In this document: positions 40,513 through 49,712 of the stretch, one piece after another
Position numbering within the stretch: position 1 is the stretch's first letter
Layout: every line of letters starts with the position of its first letter
IMG/VR virus record: IMGVR_UViG_3300021378_000004
Source of the DNA: a virus
Length of the DNA stretch: 64,000 nt
Reading direction: 5' to 3' (one strand)
Notes under the pieces: generated by a model
The model's input: only the letters and a program-made list of their open reading frames with translations
What the model was told of the DNA's origin: nothing
The model's database searches: none
Position numbers and translations under genes: made by a program

Positions 40513-40920
40513 ACTAAGAACTTTATTTACCCGAGAAATGCTTTCTTGGGTTTCGATCACATTTTTGATCAACTGGAAAATATTCATTCACACGCGAAGG
40601 ATACTTATCCACCGTATAACGTAGTCAAACACGACAATTTAACATATGAAATCGAGATGGCGGTAGCCGGCTTTAAAAAAGATCATATTGATATTGAAGT
40701 TAAAGATCACGTTATGACTATTATAGGCGATAGGCCAAAGCGAAGAGAAGCAGAATCCTACGTGCATAAAGGTATCAGTGCTCGAAAGTTTAATAGATCA
40801 TTTAGACTGTCTGAATATACAGAAGTAGACGGTGCAGACATTCAGGATGGAATCCTTACTGTTAATTTAAAAGTAGTTCTACCAGAAGAGAAGCGACCTC
40901 GTAAAATTTCAATTAAATAA
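40510..40920 (+). CDS. hsp20: Small heat-shock protein (Hsp20/IbpA family)
   Basis: YPPYN, E.AVAGF, H.GI..R.F.R.F.L, DGIL, I.I tail. Confidence 0.95.
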   Translation: MTKNFIYPRNAFLGFDHIFDQLENIHSHAKDTYPPYNVVKHDNLTYEIEMAVAGFKKDHIDIEVKDHVMTIIGDRPKRREAESYVHKGISARKFNRSFRLSEYTEVDGADIQDGILTVNLKVVLPEEKRPRKISIK

Positions 40921-40938
40921 ATTAACGAGGAAAATTAA

Positions 40939-41166
40939 ATGACAACTTTAACTACAACTTACAATATTACGTGTCAAGTATGTGAATACATTGCCGACGC
41001 ATTTAAAAAGACATTAAGAGCTATCATAGTAGGTAGACAAATGGCTGCAAATGCTGAAGTGGCAAGACAACTTCAACAGCTTGGATTTTATGGCAGAGAC
41101 CAAGATTTAAAGCATATCATTATGCAATTAAATAAGAAAACTGCTAAAGAATACGAAAGATACTAG
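40939..41166 (+). CDS. Hypothetical protein co-transcribed with hsp20
   Basis: SD GAGG; followed by terminator. Confidence 0.65.
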   Translation: MTTLTTTYNITCQVCEYIADAFKKTLRAIIVGRQMAANAEVARQLQQLGFYGRDQDLKHIIMQLNKKTAKEYERY

Positions 41167-41192
41167 TATTGTAAAAAATCAAATGAAAAATT

Positions 41193-41216
41193 AGGCGGGC
41201 AGTGCTCGCCTTTTTT
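41193..41216 (+). terminator. Rho-independent terminator
   Basis: AGGCGGGC-AGT-GCTCGCCT then a T-run. Confidence 0.85.
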
Positions 41217-41218
41217 AT

Positions 41219-41226
41219 TATAAATA
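41219..41226 (+). promoter_or_regulatory. T4-type late promoter for lysozyme
   Basis: TATAAATA. Confidence 0.8.
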
Positions 41227-41248
41227 GTATTTTACAAGGAGATATAGC

Positions 41249-41692
41249 ATGAATATAGATGTATTAAGAAAAGAACTTGAATTGGATGAAGGAGTTAAAT
41301 ATGAAATTTACAACGATCACTTGGGTTATGCCACTTTTGGGATTGGGCATTTGGTTATTGATTCTGATCCAGAACACGGACAAGAAATTGGAACTGCTGT
41401 CTCAGAAGATCGAGTTATTGAAGCCTTCAACAAAGACGTCCAAATCGTGCTCGCAGATTGTGAGCAATTATATTACGGATTTAATGTCTTGCCAGAAGAA
41501 GTCCAACTAATCATTGCTAATATGATGTTTAATATGGGAAGACCTAGACTTTCAAAGTTTAAAGGTATGAAAGCTGGTATTGATGCACAAGATTGGAATA
41601 AGGCAGCAGACGAAATGATAGACTCTGCGTGGTATAGACAAGTTCCTAATAGAGCTGGAAGATTAGTTAAAAGAATGAGAGCATTAGCTTAA
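41249..41692 (+). CDS. Lysozyme (GH24, T4 e-like endolysin)
   Basis: DEG...Y.D.LG..T.GIGH, NM.FNMG, S.WY.Q.PNRA.R. Confidence 0.92.
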   Translation: MNIDVLRKELELDEGVKYEIYNDHLGYATFGIGHLVIDSDPEHGQEIGTAVSEDRVIEAFNKDVQIVLADCEQLYYGFNVLPEEVQLIIANMMFNMGRPRLSKFKGMKAGIDAQDWNKAADEMIDSAWYRQVPNRAGRLVKRMRALA

Positions 41693-41964
41693 TGTCTGAC
41701 TTAGACTTTGATTTTGGTTTTACTGCTGTAACTGAAGAAGAGTTAGATGTAGTAAAGAAAACACAAGAAGACGTTAATGATAAACAACACTTATTAACGT
41801 CTAAGCAAGATGCACTTGATAATCTTTATAATGCAATAATACCTTTGTTATCAAATTTAAAGAAAAATCCAGAAAAAGAATATATTCTCTGGCCTAATAG
41901 ACTACAAAAAGTTGAAGAATTCGAAGATCATATTAATAAGATATATACAAATAATAATGAATAA
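41692..41964 (+). CDS. Conserved hypothetical protein
   Basis: FDFGFTAV, PLL.NL..NP.K.YI.WP.R. Confidence 0.65.
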   Translation: MSDLDFDFGFTAVTEEELDVVKKTQEDVNDKQHLLTSKQDALDNLYNAIIPLLSNLKKNPEKEYILWPNRLQKVEEFEDHINKIYTNNNE

Positions 41965-41977
41965 AAGTAAAATAATC

Positions 41978-42007
41978 CTTTACTTTTGTAAAAAACTATG
42001 GTATAAT
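41978..42007 (+). promoter_or_regulatory. Early-type promoter
   Basis: CTTTAC-N18-TATAAT. Confidence 0.7.
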
Positions 42008-42014
42008 AACTATA

Positions 42015-42620
42015 ATGATTAATTTTAAAACATATTTAGAAGAGGCTGCCGGAAAAGGTTTAACTATATTTGACATAGATGAAACTATGTTTATAACTAA
42101 AGCAAAGGTACATGTGGTAAAAAATGGTAAAGTTATTAAAAAACTGGATAATCAAGAATTTAACACATATAAGAAAAAAGCTGGCGAAGATTACGACTTC
42201 GGCGAATTTAAAAACGCCGAGGTATTTAAGCGGACGTCCACGCCAATCGCAAGAATGATTAACAAAGTTAGAGCAATATTAAAAAATGCTACAAGAGCAG
42301 GATCTAAAGTTATTATTGTAACTGCAAGACCAAACTTTGACAACAAGAAAACATTTCTAGATACATTTAGAAAACAAGGAATCGACATAGACAAGATCTA
42401 TGTTGAACGTGCTGGTAACCTCGGAGGAGGCCCGGCCGCTGATAATAAGAAAGTAATCTTTAAGAAATACCTGGATCAAAAAATATATAAAAGAATAAGA
42501 TTATTTGATGATGCCATGTCTAACTTAAAGATGTTCTTATCATTACAAAAAGACTACCCCGATGTCTCATTCGAGGCATTCTTAGCAAAAGAAAATGGCT
42601 CTGTTTCAAGAGTAAGATAA
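42015..42620 (+). CDS. HAD-superfamily phosphatase
   Basis: Motif I FDIDET, motif II VTAR, Lys motif, motif IV FDD. Confidence 0.75.
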   Translation: MINFKTYLEEAAGKGLTIFDIDETMFITKAKVHVVKNGKVIKKLDNQEFNTYKKKAGEDYDFGEFKNAEVFKRTSTPIARMINKVRAILKNATRAGSKVIIVTARPNFDNKKTFLDTFRKQGIDIDKIYVERAGNLGGGPAADNKKVIFKKYLDQKIYKRIRLFDDAMSNLKMFLSLQKDYPDVSFEAFLAKENGSVSRVR

Positions 42621-42633
42621 TATAGGAGAAACT

Positions 42634-43653
42634 ATGAAATTCTTTAAGCACGCGGCAGTGCTAATGCTGTCGTTTCTATTCTGCTTTTCAGCTTTCGCAG
42701 ATAAATTGAAAGTTGGGTTCGTGTATATTGGACCTGTGGGTGACCACGGCTGGACATATATGCATGATCAAGGGCGCCAGGCTATTGAAAAAGCTTATGG
42801 CGATAAAGTTGAAGTTACATATATGGAAAGTGTTAAATATGGTCCAGATGCTGAAAGAGCTATAAGAGGTTTAGCTAACGAAGGTATGGACATTATATTT
42901 GCTACTTCATTTGGTTACATGGAGCCAATGTTGAAAGTTGCTAAAGAGTTTCCAAACATTAAATTTGAACACGCTACCGGCTACAAGACTAATGATAACA
43001 TGTCAGTTTATTCTGGAATGTTTTATCAAGGTAGATATGTTCAAGGTGTAATTGCAGGTCATATGAGTAAAAATGGTAAAGCTGGCTACATTGCTTCTTT
43101 TCCAATACCTGAAGTTGTAAGAGGCATTAACGCTTTTTACCTAGGTGCAACAAGTGTTAATCCGGATTTCGACATCGACGTAGTATGGGTTAATAGTTGG
43201 TATGATCCGGTTAAAGAAGGTAATGCTGCAAAAGTATTAATCAGTGAAGGAGCTGACATTATTACGCAACATACCGATAGTCCTGCCGCATTGCAGGTTG
43301 CTGAAAAGCAAGGTGTCTTTGCATTTGGACAAGCAAGTAACATGTATCAGTTTGCGCCTAAAGCACAGCTTACCGCTATACTTGATGACTGGGCTCCTTA
43401 CTATATTGAGAGAGTAGGTCAAGTAATGAATGGTACTTGGAAGAAATCAGATACTTGGGGTGATATGAAGAGTGGAATGGTTAAGATGGCACCATATACT
43501 AATATGCCAGATAATATTGCACTAATTGCTAAGGATATCGAAAATAAAGTTATGAACGGTGATATTAAACCATTTAATGGTAAATATTCTGTTGGAGAAC
43601 TATTAGGCATGAATAAATATGTTAAAGGGATAGATGCGTCATTACCAAAATGA
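42634..43653 (+). CDS. BMP-family ABC-transporter substrate-binding protein (purine nucleoside-binding type)
   Basis: Signal peptide ending AFA; VGFVY.GP.GD.GW...H..GR, FATSFGY, PEV.RGINAF.LG, W.DP..E, QHTDS. Confidence 0.9.
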   Translation: MKFFKHAAVLMLSFLFCFSAFADKLKVGFVYIGPVGDHGWTYMHDQGRQAIEKAYGDKVEVTYMESVKYGPDAERAIRGLANEGMDIIFATSFGYMEPMLKVAKEFPNIKFEHATGYKTNDNMSVYSGMFYQGRYVQGVIAGHMSKNGKAGYIASFPIPEVVRGINAFYLGATSVNPDFDIDVVWVNSWYDPVKEGNAAKVLISEGADIITQHTDSPAALQVAEKQGVFAFGQASNMYQFAPKAQLTAILDDWAPYYIERVGQVMNGTWKKSDTWGDMKSGMVKMAPYTNMPDNIALIAKDIENKVMNGDIKPFNGKYSVGELLGMNKYVKGIDASLPK

Positions 43654-43955
43654 TAACTTTAACAGAAAATGCTAAAAACTATTTAAGCACCACCACCAAA
43701 GCACATGATAAGAAATATGCTTATCTTGCAGTCAATGGTGGTGGCTGCTCAGGTTTTCAATACGAGTGGAACATGACCAATGATTTGGAAAAAGGTACAC
43801 TCGTTGAAAACATATTAGTGTTAGATAAGACGGCAGAAATGTTCGTTATAGGCTGCACAGTAGACTACGTAAAAGAGTTCGGCGGCTCTTATCTTAAAGT
43901 CATAAATCCTAACGCAACTGCGCAATGTGGCTGCGGAGAATCATTCGCCATTTAA
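43650..43955 (+). CDS. iscA: A-type Fe-S cluster carrier (IscA/HesB family)
   Basis: GGGCSG.QY and NPNA...CGCGESF. Confidence 0.93.
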   Translation: MITLTENAKNYLSTTTKAHDKKYAYLAVNGGGCSGFQYEWNMTNDLEKGTLVENILVLDKTAEMFVIGCTVDYVKEFGGSYLKVINPNATAQCGCGESFAI

Positions 43956-44007
43956 TTAACATGTTAATAACAAAAAGGTGTACATTTACTCAAAACTAGT
44001 GTATAAT
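43956..44007 (+). promoter_or_regulatory. Early-type promoter with upstream palindrome TTAACATGTTAA
   Basis: Palindrome 43956-43967; GTGTAC 43978; TATAAT 44002. Confidence 0.75.
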
Positions 44008-44034
44008 AATACTATAAAAATGAGGAGAATCACT

Positions 44035-44226
44035 TTGACAACATCAAAACTATCAGTTATCTATTCACACTTTCAATCCCTTCCGGATTTCAACGAAAAA
44101 ATTAAATATCTTCAGGATCAAAAATCTGACCTTGAAAAATATAACATCAATGTTGATAAATTAATCAACTATTATTTAACCCACGGTGACAAACCTTGGA
44201 CTCCACCTAAACGAGAAGCTTATTAA
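44035..44226 (+). CDS. Hypothetical protein (TTG start)
   Basis: SD GAGGAG at 44022; the GTG at 43978 lies in the promoter. Confidence 0.6.
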   Translation: MTTSKLSVIYSHFQSLPDFNEKIKYLQDQKSDLEKYNINVDKLINYYLTHGDKPWTPPKREAY

Positions 44227-46955
44227 TGGCATTTTATACCAACCTTTATCGATTCAAAAGTAACATATACTATCGCGGTTATTCATCTAACGGCGATAGA
44301 GTTACTAAAAAAGATCATTATGAACCAAAGTTCTATGTTACTACACCAGACGAAACTGGTTACAAAAGTATTGATGGTCATAATGTTGGATCAATAAATT
44401 TTAAAAGTATGTATGAAGCTGGACAATGGTTACGTGATAACCTCGAAGTTTCAGGTAGAAAAATTTATGGTAATAAAAGATATATTTCTCAGTATGTAAT
44501 GGATAAATTTCCAAATGATATTGAATTTGATCGTAGAGCAATTAACGTTGGTACATTTGATATTGAAACAGATTATGATGATGGCTTTCCACATCCTGAT
44601 CAAGCTGCTCATAAAATATTATCGATATCATATAAGTCTAGTAAATTTTCAACATATCATGTGTGGGGTTATGGTGACTTTGATACTGAAACAGCACTTA
44701 TAAGTGATGTTAAATATACTAAATGTAATAGCGAAGAAGAACTACTTGAAAAGTTTATAGAATTCTGGTCACATCCAGAAATTACACCTGACGTCATTAC
44801 AGGTTGGAATACAAGATTCTTCGATATACCTTACGTAATCAAACGTACATCAGATGTACTAGGTATAGAATACTTACACAAGTTTTCACCATATGGTTTA
44901 CAAATACCAGAACCTAGAAAGGTTATGTATCGCGGCAGAGAAAATCTAGTTTATGAAATTCCTGGTATTCAAACTTTAGACTACATGGAATTATTTCAAA
45001 AGTTTGGTTACACTTATGGTCCACAAGAATCATATGCATTGAATCATATTGCTTATGTTGTACTCGGTGAAAAGAAACTTTCATATGAAGAATCAGGTTC
45101 ACTTAAAAATCTTTATAAAGATGATTATCAAAAGTACATCGATTATAATATGAAAGACGTACAACTTGTTGATAGGCTCGAAGAAAAACTTGGACTTATT
45201 ACGTTGGCTATAACTATGGCCTACAAAGGTGGTGTTAATTTTCAAGACACATTTGGTGTAACTGCTATATGGGAATCAATTATTTTCAGAAAGCTTTATC
45301 AAAACAAAGTAATTACTCCTCTTACTCAAAAATATGATGATTATCAAATCATAGGTGCTACCGAAACATCAAAGAAAAATCCATCGCCTGCTTTTCGTGC
45401 AGAAGGTAAATCGCATAATATTGCTGGTGGTTATGTTAAAGATCCTGTCCCAGGTAAATACGAATGGGTAGTATCATTTGATTTAAATTCACTATATCCT
45501 AATATCATTGTGCAAAATAATATGTCACCAGAAACAATAGTCGAATATCCAAAACAACCTGAAGAACTTGCAAGAGCTGCAAATGAAACATATTATCGTA
45601 AAGACTTTCAAGGTGTACTTCCAAAAATTATTGAAGAATATTATGATGAACGTGTGTCTGTTAAAAATATGATGTTAGCTGCTAAATCTGAAATGCAAAA
45701 AGGTTATACATTTGAATTAGATAAAGAAATAAACAATCTAGAAAACAGACAAATGGCTATTAAAATTCTACTTAATAGTTTATATGGTGCTCTTGCTAAT
45801 AAACACTTTCTATATTTCAGACCATCACTTGCTGAAGGTGTAACACTTACTGGTCAAAAAGCAATTAAACATGCTCAAACAACAATGAATATTCAATTAA
45901 ATGATGTACTTAATATAAATTGGCGTAAAACTTCACTACCAGCTGTTTTAGATGAAAATTTTCATAAAAAAGGTATAGAATGGATAACTAATGAAAAACG
46001 TCACATAGAAATTCTTAACGATCCTGAACACAATTTACATTATGATAAAGAAAAAGAAATGTATTATACTAAACATTTTGAAAAAAAACCAGGATTTCAG
46101 ATTTATATGCCACTTGAAATATATATGACAGACTATGTTATCGCAATTGATACCGATTCTTTATACGTCAACTTTGGACCATTGGTAGAGAAATTTGCAC
46201 CAAATAATCCAGTTTTATTCTTAGACCAAATTTGTAAAGATCACTTCGAACCAGCAATTGCTAAAGCTTATAATGAATTCTTTAAAATGCACAATGCATA
46301 TAAAAACAGAATGGTTATGGCAAGAGAAGCAATATCAGATGTTGGTATATGGACTGCAAAGAAAAGATATATACTTAATGTACACAATAATGAAGGTGTA
46401 CAATATGCTGAACCTAAACTTAAGATTATGGGTATTGAAGCTATCAAGTCTTCTACACCAGAAATTGTACGTAATAAATTTAAAGAAGCATTTAAGCTTA
46501 TAATATCTGGTACTGAAAAAGAAACACAAGCTTTCATTGCAAAATTTAAAGCTGAATTTAAAAGTTTAAATCCAGAAGCTGTAGCTTTTCCACGTGGTGT
46601 TAGTAATATAACAGATTGGCATGATAGAAAAACTATATTTAAGAAAAGCTGTCCAATACATGTGCGTGGTTCATTACTACACAATTATTATCTTAAACAA
46701 AATAAACTTAATAACAAATATGAACTTATTCAAAATGGCGATAGAATTAAATTTGTATATTTAAAACTACCAAACTCTATAAAACAAAATATAGTATCAT
46801 TTAAAGATGTATTGCCTAAAGAATTAAAACTACATAATTATATTAACTATGATTTACAATTCGAGAAAACATTTATCGAACCACTAAATCTAATACTTAA
46901 CCCAATCGGCTGGTCAGCCGAAGAACAAGCAACACTGGAGGATTTTTTCGTATGA
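44226..46955 (+). CDS. gp43: Family B DNA polymerase gp43
   Basis: Exo DIET, GWN..FFD, YN..D; pol SFDLNSLYP, K...NSLYG, DTDS, KKRY. Confidence 0.97.
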   Translation: MAFYTNLYRFKSNIYYRGYSSNGDRVTKKDHYEPKFYVTTPDETGYKSIDGHNVGSINFKSMYEAGQWLRDNLEVSGRKIYGNKRYISQYVMDKFPNDIEFDRRAINVGTFDIETDYDDGFPHPDQAAHKILSISYKSSKFSTYHVWGYGDFDTETALISDVKYTKCNSEEELLEKFIEFWSHPEITPDVITGWNTRFFDIPYVIKRTSDVLGIEYLHKFSPYGLQIPEPRKVMYRGRENLVYEIPGIQTLDYMELFQKFGYTYGPQESYALNHIAYVVLGEKKLSYEESGSLKNLYKDDYQKYIDYNMKDVQLVDRLEEKLGLITLAITMAYKGGVNFQDTFGVTAIWESIIFRKLYQNKVITPLTQKYDDYQIIGATETSKKNPSPAFRAEGKSHNIAGGYVKDPVPGKYEWVVSFDLNSLYPNIIVQNNMSPETIVEYPKQPEELARAANETYYRKDFQGVLPKIIEEYYDERVSVKNMMLAAKSEMQKGYTFELDKEINNLENRQMAIKILLNSLYGALANKHFLYFRPSLAEGVTLTGQKAIKHAQTTMNIQLNDVLNINWRKTSLPAVLDENFHKKGIEWITNEKRHIEILNDPEHNLHYDKEKEMYYTKHFEKKPGFQIYMPLEIYMTDYVIAIDTDSLYVNFGPLVEKFAPNNPVLFLDQICKDHFEPAIAKAYNEFFKMHNAYKNRMVMAREAISDVGIWTAKKRYILNVHNNEGVQYAEPKLKIMGIEAIKSSTPEIVRNKFKEAFKLIISGTEKETQAFIAKFKAEFKSLNPEAVAFPRGVSNITDWHDRKTIFKKSCPIHVRGSLLHNYYLKQNKLNNKYELIQNGDRIKFVYLKLPNSIKQNIVSFKDVLPKELKLHNYINYDLQFEKTFIEPLNLILNPIGWSAEEQATLEDFFV

Positions 46956-47368
46956 GTACGAACTGGTTTAAAGACATGCAAGCCATGCATAAGAAATATG
47001 GCGTAGATGAATGGATGAAAAAAGAAAAAGTATCTGATTGGTCTAGACTTAATAAGTTTATGGATTTTAGAATTAAGATGATGCAAGAAGAACTTGATGA
47101 AACTAAAACAGCATTTAAAAAAGGAGATGCTGAAGAAGTTGTAGATGGCATTATAGACATGTGTGTCTTTGCTATCGGTACATTAGAAGTATTTGGCGTT
47201 GATGCTAATAAAGCTTGGGACCAAGTATTAAAAGCGAATATGTCAAAAGAAGTTGGCATTAAAGAAGGCAGACCTAATCCTCTTGGTTTACCAGATTTGG
47301 TAAAGCCTGAAGGTTGGGAAGGTCCTACACATAAGGGAAATCATGGAAATATCACTGACTCTTTTTAA
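46952..47368 (+). CDS. All-alpha (MazG-like) NTP pyrophosphohydrolase, candidate dCTPase/dUTPase
   Basis: EE..E, E..D...D, ANMSK motifs. Confidence 0.75.
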   Translation: MSTNWFKDMQAMHKKYGVDEWMKKEKVSDWSRLNKFMDFRIKMMQEELDETKTAFKKGDAEEVVDGIIDMCVFAIGTLEVFGVDANKAWDQVLKANMSKEVGIKEGRPNPLGLPDLVKPEGWEGPTHKGNHGNITDSF

Positions 47369-48272
47369 GAGCATATTTGATAATAAAACTAAAGAAAAGC
47401 TAACATTCAAAGATTTCGATTCTTTTGAAGAAGCTTTGTATAGACTATCTGAAAGAAGGATTGCTTCTAAGAAAGATGCTCCATTAATGTCACCTGCGCA
47501 ATTTAAGCCTGACACTACTCGTGCAAATCATAATGTTACTATATGGTCAGGTTGGTGCGCAGTTGATGTTGATGATTTTATATTTGAAGGAGATCTACAT
47601 GTCGCATTACATACTAAGTTTGGTAATTATAAGTATGTCTGCTATTCTACTGCTAGCAGTACACAATCTTTACCAAAGTTTCGTATTGTCTTTCCACTTA
47701 CAAAAAATGTTCAAGCTGAAAAGATTAGACACTTTTGGTTTGCTCTCCAAACGCTACTCGGCGAAGTTGGAGATAAACAAACCAAAGATCTATCTCGTAT
47801 GTATTATATTCCAGCAAAATATGATAATGCTTTTAATTTTATCTTTAGTAATGATGGGGATGCTATCGATCCTGATGTAGTAATGACTAAAGTTCCGTAT
47901 AGAGAAAAAAGTAACAGTAGTAGTTTCTTTGATAGATTACCAGAAGATATGCAAAAAGAAATTATTGAGCATCGTAAATCTCAATTGGATAATACTAATA
48001 TAAATTGGTCATCATATAAAAACTGTCCGTTCTTTCCAAGACAATTAGAAAAAGAATATAGAATGATAAGTAGCACAGGTTGGTATCATAAAATGTATCA
48101 AATTATGGTTGCTACTGCTGGTAATGCTATTAAAAACAAATACCCAATCTCTGCACATGAAATTACTTCTTTATGTAGAGAACTTGATAATGAAACTGGT
48201 AATTGGTATAAATCCAGACCACTTGAAAAGGAAGCCGATCGTGCACTCGAATACGTCTACAAAAATATTTAA
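47343..48272 (+). CDS. Primase-polymerase (AEP)-like protein
   Basis: AVDVDD, YSTASS, PKFRIV.PL, D.QTKD.SR.YY.P. Confidence 0.6.
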   Translation: MEISLTLFKSIFDNKTKEKLTFKDFDSFEEALYRLSERRIASKKDAPLMSPAQFKPDTTRANHNVTIWSGWCAVDVDDFIFEGDLHVALHTKFGNYKYVCYSTASSTQSLPKFRIVFPLTKNVQAEKIRHFWFALQTLLGEVGDKQTKDLSRMYYIPAKYDNAFNFIFSNDGDAIDPDVVMTKVPYREKSNSSSFFDRLPEDMQKEIIEHRKSQLDNTNINWSSYKNCPFFPRQLEKEYRMISSTGWYHKMYQIMVATAGNAIKNKYPISAHEITSLCRELDNETGNWYKSRPLEKEADRALEYVYKNI

Positions 48273-48273
48273 T

Positions 48274-48702
48274 ATGAATATGTCATTTAATATTGATGAT
48301 ATTAAAGACAAAAACGAATGGTACGAGCGAGCTGTAAACGAAGCTAAACAAATACATAGAAACCCATCAACAGCTCGTGGTAGAACACTTAATGAAATTA
48401 TTGAGGTATGTTTATATGGCCATGCTCCGGAGCAGTACCTACTTGAAACTGGTTGGGGTGACGATAATAGGCCATATAAAGATTTATTAGATCCAACATT
48501 AGATCCAGTAGAAATTAAAACTACAAAACATGCTGGTAATATTCCATATGTGCTTGACAGATGCAGAATAGCCAAACTTGAAAAATGGAGAAATTATCCA
48601 GACATTGTTTACATATTTACAAATGATAAAAAATCTAAAGAATATGTGCACGAAGGCATATATGTATGGAACGGTAATAAGTTTAAAAAATATAAAGTTT
48701 AG
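48274..48702 (+). CDS. Putative PD-(D/E)xK nuclease
   Basis: G...E...D...EIK pattern; in-frame ATG just after the previous stop. Confidence 0.5.
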   Translation: MNMSFNIDDIKDKNEWYERAVNEAKQIHRNPSTARGRTLNEIIEVCLYGHAPEQYLLETGWGDDNRPYKDLLDPTLDPVEIKTTKHAGNIPYVLDRCRIAKLEKWRNYPDIVYIFTNDKKSKEYVHEGIYVWNGNKFKKYKV

Positions 48703-48774
48703 TTAACATGTTAATAACAAAAATGAAAAAAAGTGAAAATAACTGTGTACATTTGCAAAAAAGTATGGTATAAT
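48703..48774 (+). promoter_or_regulatory. Early-type promoter with upstream palindrome
   Basis: TTAACATGTTAA 48703; GTGTAC 48745; TATAAT 48769. Confidence 0.78.
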
Positions 48775-48806
48775 ATAGCTATAAGATTAAAAAAGAGGAG
48801 TTTCTT

Positions 48807-49163
48807 ATGGACAAACAATTAGAATTATTTACAAATGACTGGGGAATTAACTCAGGTTTCAAGAATTTAGCTGATCAGCTAAACGATCTCTTACCTTTTC
48901 AAGGTAAAGTCCAATTTTCAAGATCAAAGAATAAACAATTAGAAAAGTTTAGAAAAGCTCAAAACTTATTGTATGATCTTTTTAATAACGCTCTTATGAA
49001 TAGAAGATCCGAATTTAAATCTTTCTTCGGTTTTGTACCAATTAACACTTCAAGATATTCTTATCCTGTTACTGCTGAAAGATGGACACAAGTAGAAAAC
49101 GAAATGGCTGTGTACATGAATAAAATTATTTGTGATGCTGCAGCAGAACAAGGAGTTAAATAA
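48807..49163 (+). CDS. Hypothetical early protein
   Basis: SD GAGGAG; YDLFNN.L.N motif. Confidence 0.7.
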   Translation: MDKQLELFTNDWGINSGFKNLADQLNDLLPFQGKVQFSRSKNKQLEKFRKAQNLLYDLFNNALMNRRSEFKSFFGFVPINTSRYSYPVTAERWTQVENEMAVYMNKIICDAAAEQGVK

Positions 49164-49405
49164 TGGCTAAAGAGATGATTGAAGATGTTGTAAGATTTGA
49201 TAACATTATATATGTTGGCGACTTAGTAGAAACCAAGTATGGCGCTTGTAGAATTAAAAAGATAGAGTTAATGCCTGAAAAAAGACATTTCTCTAAGTGT
49301 GGAATAAATGTAAATAAAATGTTTACATCCATGATAGATCAGTGTATAATAGATCTAGATAACAGACATTTTGTATATGGAGATGAAATTGAAAGAATCG
49401 GTTAG
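49163..49405 (+). CDS. Hypothetical protein
   Basis: SD AGGAG; TAATG coupling. Confidence 0.65.
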   Translation: MAKEMIEDVVRFDNIIYVGDLVETKYGACRIKKIELMPEKRHFSKCGINVNKMFTSMIDQCIIDLDNRHFVYGDEIERIG

Positions 49406-49712
49406 AGTATTAAATGAATGTGTTGCATTACAGAATAAAAAGTCTGATGACTATCAGAATAAAGATTCGAATGTAACTCAAGCAATGCATTATCGTCGTG
49501 GTGTTGATAGCATACACGATATAATTCAAGGTAAATGCTATCGTGCACAATCTATATTAGAAAGTCAAGGTGATCCAAACTTTGAATCACTCGAAGATAC
49601 TTACAAAGATATAATTAATTATTGTTCATTTGCAGTATCTTATATGCGTGGTAAGATGGACGGCCAAAAAATGGATAGAGATATGTACAATAAGTTAAAA
49701 GGTAAAATATAA
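49383..49712 (+). CDS. Nucleotide-modification-associated helical protein (DUF1599/Nmad1-like)
   Basis: K..DY near N-terminus and EDTY.D.INY near C-terminus; adjacent to gp42-like gene. Confidence 0.6.
   Translation: MKLKESVRVLNECVALQNKKSDDYQNKDSNVTQAMHYRRGVDSIHDIIQGKCYRAQSILESQGDPNFESLEDTYKDIINYCSFAVSYMRGKMDGQKMDRDMYNKLKGKI

Noticed and set aside
40939-41166. DUF1127-like small protein
   Set aside because: The characteristic L.D..L.DIG motif is absent
43978-44034. N-terminal extension of ORF 43978
   Set aside because: The GTG is the -35 element of the promoter; the SD supports TTG at 44035
45912-46127. Intein or intron in gp43
   Set aside because: No intein terminal residues, no endonuclease motifs, frame is open and no group I core was recognisable
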